Source of the DNA: Candidatus Izemoplasmatales bacterium
GTDB lineage: Bacteria; Bacillota_I; Bacilli_A; Izemoplasmatales; Hujiaoplasmataceae
Reading direction: 5' to 3'
DNA length: 24,805 nt
Assembly: GCA_050177605.1 (NCBI GenBank)
Contig: JBFXGX010000025.1
Location: 1,563 to 26,367, forward strand
Part shown: piece by piece, positions 8,739 through 16,563 of the stretch
Position numbering within the stretch: the first letter of the stretch is position 1
Layout: each line of letters starts with the position of its first letter
Notes under the pieces: generated by a model
Database searches by the model: none
Seen by the model: only the letters and a program-made list of their open reading frames with translations
Told to the model about the DNA's origin: nothing
Program-made: the position numbers and the translations under genes

Positions 8739-11135
8739 TTAGATATCAAATTTAGCTGTAATTTCAGCTGGTGTTTTTCTTAATAAAGTAATGATTGGAA
8801 TCATACCGAAAACAATATTCACGAGGTAAATCACAACCAATCCGATAAGGAATAAAGATAATGGGAAATAGAATATCGATGCAAGTCCTGAAAGTTGCGC
8901 TTGAACTTGATTAACAATATACGTCATAAAGAGATAACCAGTTAAGGAACCAACGGTGGTCATCGCTAAAATTTCTGAGAAGAATATTTTGTAAATATCT
9001 CTCTTTGTAGCGCCAATTGCTCTGTAAATCCCGATTTCTTTAATACGTCCTAATACACTGGAACGCATCATAAAATAGATGTAGGCAACAAGCCCTGCTA
9101 ACGTGATTGCAATATACTGAATTCTAGTAGCGATTTCAGCTCTTAAATTAGCAATATATTCTGCTCTTGCCTCACCATAATAATCCTGTGCATCATAGCT
9201 TAACGCTTCGATTTCAGAAGCAGTTGACGAAGGATTGGAGGAATGGAAATAGATTCTTGATGTTTGTGAAGTTAAAATTTTATCAATTTGCAATAACTCA
9301 TAAGCATCATTTGATAGAACATATCCAAAGAAACTATCTGATTCGTAGAGCCCTACAACGGTATAAACAGTTCCGCTATATGTGAATGTATCTCCTACGA
9401 GTGAGGTTTGATCATTAGCTAATATTTCATTGACTGCTTGAATGTCTCTACCACTTGTAATGGTATAATCTCCCGCAGCAACTCCATGGGACAAGAAACC
9501 AGGAAAACCAGCTTCAGCGAAGATGAAATACGCATCATCGACTACGGCAACCACTGGAGATTCAGTATGAATCACACCCACGATGACAAGAGGTTCAAAA
9601 CCTGAGACATCAAACTCTGCGCCAACAAGCGATTCGTAATCTGTCACACCAATATCAGAAATGGATTTATCTTCTAGAATTTGATCCGCAATCCATTCAT
9701 CAATGACAATCTCTGTTTTGTCTGTAGGAAGACTTCCAGAAACGAGCGCATCACTTGGTAACAATGAAACTGGGAGAGGATAATAATTGATTCTTGCCCC
9801 CCAATAGGTGCGACTTCCTTGATAGAGATCATGATACACGACATTCGTTGAGATTGCCGAGGTATATGGCATAACCATATCCGCGCTTGTATCTTCTAGG
9901 ATGGATAGAATATCCTCTCTTGTAGTGTCATCCGTGATTACGACGCCTACCAAATCTTTCGACATTGTTAAAAACTGAGATTCATCAACAGCTGTGATAC
10001 TTCCAAAAGTAGCGAGGTTAACCACCACTAGCCCAGAAATTGCAAAATACGCTAATAAGAATAGTTTTCCAAAAAACTTTCTTTTTCCAAACACTTTTGA
10101 AAACCCAGATTTAAGTGTATCTCTAAATCGGAAGAACGATTTTCGGATTGTTTGTCCAATCAATCCAAATTGATTTAAATCAAAAGTATAAAGGGATGCA
10201 TCATTTGTTTCTGGTTTTTTATAATGGTCATCAATAATCTTGATTTCAGATTCATCCGAAACAAGCTTGATTTTTGAATTTGATTTAATTTGAACATAAA
10301 CAGAATGATCAGAATAGATCAACTTAACTTCTGGTTGATCTGTAAACTCTCCTTTATAATAAACGGAAGTATTGACAGGACCTTCAGTATGAATTTGTTC
10401 TAAATCTTTTAAATAGATATTGCGGTCATCAATATGATCAAGTGTACGGTTTCCTTCATTTTCGTAATCCTTGATTACACGTCCATCTTTTAATTCGATG
10501 ACTCTGTCCGCATAAAAATCGACAAGTTCGCGTTCATGACTAACTAAGATGACTAAACATGTTTGACTAATCTTTTTAATAATCGACATAACTTCGAAAG
10601 TGTTATTGGCATCAAGATTTCCTGTAGGTTCATCCGCTAAAATCACTTTTGGATTTTTCGCAATCGCTCTCGCAATTGCGACACGTTGTTGTTGCCCACC
10701 AGAAAGCGCTAAAACATTTCTTTTGCGGTAGTTATACATCCCAACAGCGTGAAGAACATAATTAATTCGTTCTTCAATTTTTGATTTATCATACAACCCT
10801 GCCATATTTAAAACCATTTCAACATTTTCATAAACGGTTTTATCTGTCACAAGGTTATAGTTTTGGAAAATATAGCCAACATATTGATTACGAACACGAT
10901 CCCATTCTCGATGTTTATATCCTTCGAGGACTTCACCATCAAAATCAAAAGCGCCATTATCAACTTTATCAAGTCCACCAATGACATTGAGTAAGGTTGT
11001 TTTTCCGCATCCTGAAGGTCCTGTTAATGCAATCAGTCCTGTATCTGGGAAAATAAGAGAGGTGTTATCAATAACATGAATTTCATTCGGTTTGTTATTG
11101 TTATAATATTTATTTAAACGATGTAACTTTATCAT
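8739..11135 (-). CDS. MacB-type ABC transporter, fused ATPase + permease (FtsX-like), 798 aa
   Basis: N-terminal LolD/MacB-type NBD ([37 protein letters not shown]), TM1, a large extracytoplasmic domain, then 3 C-terminal TMs with the [16 protein letters not shown] motif. Confidence 0.92.
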   Translation of the reverse strand: MIKLHRLNKYYNNNKPNEIHVIDNTSLIFPDTGLIALTGPSGCGKTTLLNVIGGLDKVDNGAFDFDGEVLEGYKHREWDRVRNQYVGYIFQNYNLVTDKTVYENVEMVLNMAGLYDKSKIEERINYVLHAVGMYNYRKRNVLALSGGQQQRVAIARAIAKNPKVILADEPTGNLDANNTFEVMSIIKKISQTCLVILVSHERELVDFYADRVIELKDGRVIKDYENEGNRTLDHIDDRNIYLKDLEQIHTEGPVNTSVYYKGEFTDQPEVKLIYSDHSVYVQIKSNSKIKLVSDESEIKIIDDHYKKPETNDASLYTFDLNQFGLIGQTIRKSFFRFRDTLKSGFSKVFGKRKFFGKLFLLAYFAISGLVVVNLATFGSITAVDESQFLTMSKDLVGVVITDDTTREDILSILEDTSADMVMPYTSAISTNVVYHDLYQGSRTYWGARINYYPLPVSLLPSDALVSGSLPTDKTEIVIDEWIADQILEDKSISDIGVTDYESLVGAEFDVSGFEPLVIVGVIHTESPVVAVVDDAYFIFAEAGFPGFLSHGVAAGDYTITSGRDIQAVNEILANDQTSLVGDTFTYSGTVYTVVGLYESDSFFGYVLSNDAYELLQIDKILTSQTSRIYFHSSNPSSTASEIEALSYDAQDYYGEARAEYIANLRAEIATRIQYIAITLAGLVAYIYFMMRSSVLGRIKEIGIYRAIGATKRDIYKIFFSEILAMTTVGSLTGYLFMTYIVNQVQAQLSGLASIFYFPLSLFLIGLVVIYLVNIVFGMIPIITLLRKTPAEITAKFDI

Positions 11136-11145
11136 AATATCCCCC

Positions 11146-13428
11146 CTATTCTGCCTTTAATACACGATTGACTGATTCACCAAAAACGCGTCTCGTGTAT
11201 TTTCTTGAAATAATAATGGACATCAATAATTCAATACCAAAGAATGCAAGGTAATCAAGTACGGTATACATTTTTAATGAATAAAATAAGCTTCCTACCA
11301 TCACCGTCGATTTGAGATAAAGCGATATTCCGAGGAAGATAACAAAACTAATGAACACAATAATCAAGTTTTCTAAGTAGATAAAGTATTGAATCATTCG
11401 CTGATTTGCGCCAATCGTTCTAAAGATGGCATAATCATGTAATTTCGTATTGATAATTGCTTTGAAAATAACATACGTAAAGAGTGTCGATGCCGCTACA
11501 GAAATCACAAGTAAAGAGACTTGACCAAGCGTTGCGAACATCATAATAATGCCTAGATAAGGATCTCCTGTAGATGAATCATAAGGATAAAAAACTTTGT
11601 ATTTTGAAGAAAAGACTGTTTGATCAATCGTCGCTATGTTCTTGATTAATTTATCAACATTTAAATCGGTATCAGTTAAGACCGTTACTTGATAAATATC
11701 ATCATAAAGAAGACGATCTAAAGTGTTCGTGTTCATTTGAATGAATTCAAAATCCCGATAATTGGCATCAGTATATTGTTTATCAAAACTAATCACACGT
11801 AGTGTCATTCCAGTTAGTTCATAAGACATATAATAATCAGTATTTGTTAGTGTACCTTCATAGTCACAATAATCTTGTTCATAACATTCAAAATTAGTGT
11901 AATAAGCAGGAAACTGAATGACATTATCCGCTAAGTCATCATTGACATATATTTGAGAATAAAAAGAAAGATTTGCTGAGGTAACAGTACCACTAGGTAC
12001 ATCAAGCGTAAAGACACTTGAATCCAAATAGTTAAAATAGTATTTTTCAGCCAAAGTGGAGAACAGTTCATCCGTCACAATCACAAATCCACCATTGTAA
12101 TAACTACTTAAATCCATATAGATTTGGTCAGCATTTAAAACGCCCACAACGGTATAGGCTTGGGTAAGATCTTGTTCACCACCATAATAATTAGATTCAT
12201 CCATAAACTTTCTGCCAAGATAATCATCTGGCGCTGAAGAACCACTACCCGAGAGGGCTACCACAATTTCATTCGAAGAAGTTGGCATACGGCCAGCGAT
12301 TAAGAGGTCCACAGAAGAAATGATGGAAGATGGTAAGTAACTACCGTTAATGTACAGATAGTCTTCAGAAGCAGATGTAGCCTCAGAATACATCCAAAGA
12401 TTAACATCGAGAATGTAATCGTAAGGGACTACCGTTTGTACTTTATCTAACCCCTGAAGTTCCGCGATATCTGCGGCTGTTAATGGTGTTTTATCTGTTT
12501 TTCTGACAACGATTCGAGAAACACTCGTATTGTTAAAGTAATAGTTATAACTGTAATTATAATCATTCATCGAAACATCATATGATCCATAGGTCAGTGC
12601 CACGATAAACGCAAAGAAACTGAACACTAAAATCATTAAGAAGGATTTCTTAGGAACAGCGAGTAAGTTGCGAAGAGCCATTTTGAAAAACTCAAAAAAT
12701 TTGATTCTTTTCTCTTGGTCTGGAATCAATGGTAAGTTTTCCTTCTCTGTTTTTTCAAGTTCTTGATCCTCAACGATTTCACCATCAAAAATACGAATCT
12801 TACGTGTTGCGTATTTCTTGACTTGTTCGAAATCATGGGTAACCATAATCACAAGTTTTTCTTTGGAGATTTCATGTAATAATTCTAAAATTTGGTTTGC
12901 AGAAGCACTATCCAAGTTTCCTGTCGGTTCATCTGCCGCAATGATTGGACAGTCTTTTGCAAGGGCCCTTGCGATAACAACTCTTTGTTTTTGCCCACCA
13001 GATAACTTCGTTGCTTTATGGTTCACATGTTTGTCTAGACCAACCCTGCGAATAATTTCCATAGCACGAGCTCTAAGTTTATCTTTTGGATATCCTGAAA
13101 GAATTAACGGAGCTTCAACGTTTTGAAGAACTGTATAAGAATCAATCAAGTTGTAATTTTGAAAGACAAAGGCAACGTATTTCTTTCTGAAGTTTTCCTT
13201 ATCAACTGTAGAAAAATAGGATGTTTCCTCACCGTTGATATAGATTTCGCCATCTTCATATGTATCGATTCCAGAAATAACATTGAGCAATGTTGTTTTA
13301 CCAGAACCGGATTCCCCTACAATCGCAACGAATTCATTCACATGAAGTTCTAGGTTCACTTTTCTTAAACCTAAGGCAATCGTATTATTGGAGTTGTAAT
13401 ACTTTGATACATTCACTAATTTAATCAT
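11146..13428 (-). CDS. MacB-type ABC transporter, fused ATPase + permease (FtsX-like), 760 aa
   Basis: NBD ([37 protein letters not shown]), MALRNL helix plus TM1, a large extracytoplasmic domain, then 3 TMs with DYAIFRTIGAN. SD GGAGG. Confidence 0.92.
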   Translation of the reverse strand: MIKLVNVSKYYNSNNTIALGLRKVNLELHVNEFVAIVGESGSGKTTLLNVISGIDTYEDGEIYINGEETSYFSTVDKENFRKKYVAFVFQNYNLIDSYTVLQNVEAPLILSGYPKDKLRARAMEIIRRVGLDKHVNHKATKLSGGQKQRVVIARALAKDCPIIAADEPTGNLDSASANQILELLHEISKEKLVIMVTHDFEQVKKYATRKIRIFDGEIVEDQELEKTEKENLPLIPDQEKRIKFFEFFKMALRNLLAVPKKSFLMILVFSFFAFIVALTYGSYDVSMNDYNYSYNYYFNNTSVSRIVVRKTDKTPLTAADIAELQGLDKVQTVVPYDYILDVNLWMYSEATSASEDYLYINGSYLPSSIISSVDLLIAGRMPTSSNEIVVALSGSGSSAPDDYLGRKFMDESNYYGGEQDLTQAYTVVGVLNADQIYMDLSSYYNGGFVIVTDELFSTLAEKYYFNYLDSSVFTLDVPSGTVTSANLSFYSQIYVNDDLADNVIQFPAYYTNFECYEQDYCDYEGTLTNTDYYMSYELTGMTLRVISFDKQYTDANYRDFEFIQMNTNTLDRLLYDDIYQVTVLTDTDLNVDKLIKNIATIDQTVFSSKYKVFYPYDSSTGDPYLGIIMMFATLGQVSLLVISVAASTLFTYVIFKAIINTKLHDYAIFRTIGANQRMIQYFIYLENLIIVFISFVIFLGISLYLKSTVMVGSLFYSLKMYTVLDYLAFFGIELLMSIIISRKYTRRVFGESVNRVLKAE

Positions 13429-13456
13429 ATAATTTATTCCTCCACATACTAAACAG

Positions 13457-13467
13457 ATTATACCACA
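13457..13467 (-). promoter_or_regulatory. Extended -10 promoter for the MacB-like pair
   Basis: TGTGgTATAAT (TRTGn + perfect -10), 29 nt upstream of the ATG. No good -35 at 17 nt spacing. Confidence 0.7.
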
Positions 13468-13508
13468 GTTTTATTGTAAATAAAAATAAGAAAAATTGAT
13501 TTAATAAT

Positions 13509-13540
13509 AAAAAGAAAAGCCAGAACATTTTGTTCTGGCT
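13509..13540 (-). terminator. Intrinsic terminator after nusG
   Basis: AGCCAGAACA-AAA-TGTTCTGGCT followed by TTTCTTTTT. Overlaps the nusG TAG. Confidence 0.9.
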
Positions 13541-14081
13541 ATACGATTTCAATTTCTGCAAAGTCCATTTCGATTGGTGTCTTACGACCAAACATTTCCA
13601 CAAGGACAATTAACTTACCTTTTTCATTGTCAATCGTATCGATTGTGCCAATTTGACCAGCGAATGCGCCAGCCGCAAGTTTGACCTTTTGACCAGGTTT
13701 TGCATTTAATTTTTGAACTTGAAGAAGTCCACATTGTTTTAAGATTGGGTTAATTTCATCAGGCATTAATGGAATTGGTTTTGTACCTCCACCACTACTT
13801 CCTAAAAATCCTGTAACTCCAGGCGTGTTACGAATAACGAACCATGAATCATCGGTCACAATCATTTCAATGAAAACATATCCTGGATACATTTTCACCA
13901 TTTTTTCTTTTAAAGAACCATCTGCTTTTTTTTCTGTTCTTAATTCTTCTGGAATCATAACTTGGAAAATTAAGTGTTCCATTTCCATCGTTTCAATACG
14001 ACGTAAAATGTTTTCTCTTACAGAGTTTTCCTTTCCAGAATAGGTTTGTACAATGTACCAAAGTCTCTTTGATGTATCCAT
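13539..14081 (-). CDS. nusG: Transcription termination/antitermination factor NusG
   Basis: WYIVQTYSGKE, YPGYVFIEM...DDSWFVIRNTPGVTGFLGS and KOW GAFAG...VEMFGRKTPIE. Confidence 0.99.
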   Translation of the reverse strand: MDTSKRLWYIVQTYSGKENSVRENILRRIETMEMEHLIFQVMIPEELRTEKKADGSLKEKMVKMYPGYVFIEMIVTDDSWFVIRNTPGVTGFLGSSGGGTKPIPLMPDEINPILKQCGLLQVQKLNAKPGQKVKLAAGAFAGQIGTIDTIDNEKGKLIVLVEMFGRKTPIEMDFAEIEIV

Positions 14082-14096
14082 GTTGAACCTTCGATA

Positions 14097-14618
14097 TTAT
14101 AAGCTATAGAGCCATTTAAATAATGGTTCTAAAGCGTATCCGTAAAGAGTAAACACTAACATTAAGAATAGTAAGAACGCAAATACTTTTGAAGTGTCTC
14201 CACCAAGTTGTCTCATAGATGGCCATGATACTTTTTTCATTTCGTGAATACTTGGTAATAAAATTGGGTAGACTAAGTAGAGGATGACGAGTGCACCAAT
14301 AACGATTAACACAATCCCTACAATGATTCTAGCGGTATCTGTTTGGAAGAAGAAATCGATAAATCCAACACCAGAGTTACCGAGGATAGCAGTTAAGTCA
14401 ACTGACCCAAAAGATCCTTTTGCGATATATACACCATAGAGTAATAAAATTGGTGACAAGATTGCTAGTAACCAGTTTTCTACAGTATATTCTTTTTTCA
14501 AAATTTCCATTACACGAGAGTGTTTTTCCTCTTGTGAACTAAATTTTGTCGTTTTTGTTTCTTTAACTTTCACTGCTTTTTCAGCTTTTGGTGCTTTTGC
14601 TTTTTTGATATCAGCCAT
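14097..14618 (-). CDS. secE: Preprotein translocase subunit SecE, long form with 3 predicted TMs
   Basis: EMKKVSWPS signature followed by a C-terminal TM. Located between rpmG and nusG. SD AGGAGG. Confidence 0.9.
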   Translation of the reverse strand: MADIKKAKAPKAEKAVKVKETKTTKFSSQEEKHSRVMEILKKEYTVENWLLAILSPILLLYGVYIAKGSFGSVDLTAILGNSGVGFIDFFFQTDTARIIVGIVLIVIGALVILYLVYPILLPSIHEMKKVSWPSMRQLGGDTSKVFAFLLFLMLVFTLYGYALEPLFKWLYSL

Positions 14619-14627
14619 AATATCCTC

Positions 14628-14774
14628 CTACTTACTTTCCTTATGTAAAGTATGTTTCTTACATGTTTTGCAATATTTTTTTACTTCAAATCGCGTAGTA
14701 CGCGTTTTGTCTTTTTTTATTTCGTAGTTTCGTGATAGACATTCTTCACAAATTAATACTGCTTTTTCATTCAT
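14628..14774 (-). CDS. rpmG: 50S ribosomal protein L33 (Zn-ribbon, C+ form), 48 aa
   Basis: Not in the ORF track. Manual translation MNEKAVLICEECLSRNYEIKKDKTRTTRFEVKKYCKTCKKHTLHKESK. Canonical position before secE. Confidence 0.97.
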   Translation of the reverse strand: MNEKAVLICEECLSRNYEIKKDKTRTTRFEVKKYCKTCKKHTLHKESK

Positions 14775-14798
14775 TTTATCATCTCACTTGCTTTATTA

Positions 14799-14827
14799 AA
14801 TGTACCAAAAAAGAAGGTATTTGTCAA
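14799..14827 (-). promoter_or_regulatory. sigma-A promoter for rpmG-secE-nusG
   Basis: TTGACA (14827-14822), 17 nt, then TGg-TACATT (14804-14799). Confidence 0.7.
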
Positions 14828-14835
14828 GAAAATAC

Positions 14836-15375
14836 TTACTCTAAATATAATTTTAGTTTGGTTCGAATACGGTCGAGTGCATTATACACTTTTTTTATGT
14901 CACAATCAATCTTCTCTGAAATCTCTAAAGCACTAGAATCTCCCGCTAGTTTATGTTCAAATACAACTTGTTCAAAAGGGGATAACGTCACTTTAAATTG
15001 GTCCATTTCATCACTCGTTACATAGTCATATTTTTCTTCATGAACCTGATATTGATAAAATCGTGGCAACTTCTCATTTACAAACTTATAATACCGACTT
15101 CTTTTGCGAATGATTGAGATAAAACAATTTTCTAAATTCATCTCAAAAAAGCGCGTAAATGTCTTATTATAGGTTGATTTATATTTTTTAATCGATCGAT
15201 AGAGTACGAGAAGTCCTTCTTGAAAGGCATCATCATATTCATCGTAGAGGTTGAACTTTGAGATTTTTTTCGCAATAAACAATCGGTATTTCTCGACCAT
15301 AAGTTGAAGGGCTTCTTCATGTCCTTCCTGGATAAAAGAAATAATTTCATGATCGTTATAATTGCGAAAATCCAA
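14836..15375 (-). CDS. sigH: Alternative sigma-70 family factor, SigH/ComX-like
   Basis: Region 2 (EEALQLMVEKYR...DDAFQEGLLVLYRSIKKY...F..F) and region 4 (LSPFEQVVF...EISEKIDCDIKKVYNALDRIRTKL). Occupies the conserved sigH position between rlmB and rpmG. TTG start. Confidence 0.82.
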   Translation of the reverse strand: MDFRNYNDHEIISFIQEGHEEALQLMVEKYRLFIAKKISKFNLYDEYDDAFQEGLLVLYRSIKKYKSTYNKTFTRFFEMNLENCFISIIRKRSRYYKFVNEKLPRFYQYQVHEEKYDYVTSDEMDQFKVTLSPFEQVVFEHKLAGDSSALEISEKIDCDIKKVYNALDRIRTKLKLYLE

Positions 15376-15379
15376 ATTT

Positions 15380-16096
15380 CTAGCCTCGCTTTCTTCTTAA
15401 AATTTCAAAGATGAGTATTCCTGCACTTACCGAGGCATTGAGACTATTCATTTTCCCAACCATCGGTATTTTTATATTTAAGTCCGTATGATTCAGTAAA
15501 TTCTTCTTCATTCCTTTGCCTTCAGAACCAATAATCAAGCAAACCGGTCTATCTACAAAAATTTGATCATAACTTGTGTCGGTATCAAGGGATGTTCCCA
15601 CAATCCAAAATCCTGCTTTTTTTAGTTTTTCAATCGTTTGACTGAGATTCGTCACTTCAATTACCTTTACATATTCAATCGCGCCAGCGCTTGTTTTCGC
15701 GACGGTTGCAGAAAGTTTTGCGCTTCGATCTTTCGGAATAATAATGGATGTGATTCCGGCAGCTTCTGCGCTTCTGATAATGGCTCCTAAGTTGTGTGGA
15801 TCTTCAATCCCGTCAAGCATGATTACGGTTGGATTTTCAGACATAATGAACTCACTCATCACTTCGTCCAAATCGTAGGTTTTATAATCTTCAATCACAA
15901 GAACGATACCTTGAGCTTGATGTGGATAACGACTTAAAAATGCATTTTTATTTAGCCACTCAACAGGGATTCTTTTCTTATCAAGAATTTTTTTTGCCTC
16001 ATGATCAAAACCTTCTAATAAAATCGCCTTTTCGACAGGTTTATCCGTACTTAATATCTCCATTGCTGGGTTTCTTCCATAGATTTCAATACTCAT
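15380..16096 (-). CDS. rlmB: 23S rRNA (Gm2251) 2'-O-methyltransferase, SPOUT family
   Basis: IYGRNP, LDGIEDPHNLGAIIRSA, IGSEGKG and IPMVG..NSLNASVSAG motifs. Follows mrnC. Confidence 0.96.
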   Translation of the reverse strand: MSIEIYGRNPAMEILSTDKPVEKAILLEGFDHEAKKILDKKRIPVEWLNKNAFLSRYPHQAQGIVLVIEDYKTYDLDEVMSEFIMSENPTVIMLDGIEDPHNLGAIIRSAEAAGITSIIIPKDRSAKLSATVAKTSAGAIEYVKVIEVTNLSQTIEKLKKAGFWIVGTSLDTDTSYDQIFVDRPVCLIIGSEGKGMKKNLLNHTDLNIKIPMVGKMNSLNASVSAGILIFEILRRKRG

Positions 16097-16111
16097 TTTT
16101 TCACCACTCTC

Positions 16112-16122
16112 ATTATAACATA
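16112..16122 (-). promoter_or_regulatory. Candidate extended -10 promoter for rlmB-sigH
   Basis: TATGtTATAAT about 15 nt upstream of the rlmB ATG. No recognisable -35. Confidence 0.5.
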
Positions 16123-16179
16123 TTTATTTCGCTAATCTTCTTGATAAATTCGTGAAGATTTAGGAAAGAAAAACGAGTA

Positions 16180-16563
16180 TTATTCACTCGTTTCTTCAAT
16201 CAACGAAATACTTTTTTGAATAATTTCATTGAGTCTTTCGTTTTGCTTTTCTATCACCAAAAATCCTATTAACGCTTCAAATCCTGTCGCAAATTGATAG
16301 ATATTCAACGGTGTATTTTTAGGTTTTCTTGTACTTGTAGCGTTGCGACCGCGTTTATACACTGAGATTTCTTCTTCAGTTAAGTACTGTTCCACTAACT
16401 TCATAACGGCCTTTGCTTGTCCAACAGCACTGGTATACTTAATCGCTTGTTGATGAAGTAAATTCACATTCGTAATGCCTTTTGAAATCAAATAAGTACG
16501 GATTTCAACTTCATAATAGGCATCCCCTAAATAGGCGAGTGTCAACCCACTGTGTTGATTCAT
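16180..16563 (-). CDS. mrnC: Mini-ribonuclease III
   Basis: LAYLGDAYYE, KRGRNA and YQFATGFEALIGFL motifs. ATGA overlap with cysS. Confidence 0.96.
   Translation of the reverse strand: MNQHSGLTLAYLGDAYYEVEIRTYLISKGITNVNLLHQQAIKYTSAVGQAKAVMKLVEQYLTEEEISVYKRGRNATSTRKPKNTPLNIYQFATGFEALIGFLVIEKQNERLNEIIQKSISLIEETSE

Noticed and set aside
8739..13467. MacB-like cassette as a mobile element or recent horizontal acquisition
   Set aside because: No transposase, integrase, terminal repeats or clear target duplication, and by eye the base composition resembles the neighbouring non-ribosomal genes.
13421..13609. 62-aa minus-strand ORF as a possible leader peptide or small membrane subunit of the ABC pair
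   Set aside because: Starts out of frame inside nusG and crosses the nusG terminator and the ABC promoter. Its hydrophobicity simply reflects the T-rich intergenic DNA.
9167..14043. Plus-strand ORFs inside the MacB-like genes and nusG
   Set aside because: Fully overlap well-supported minus-strand genes and have no protein-like features.
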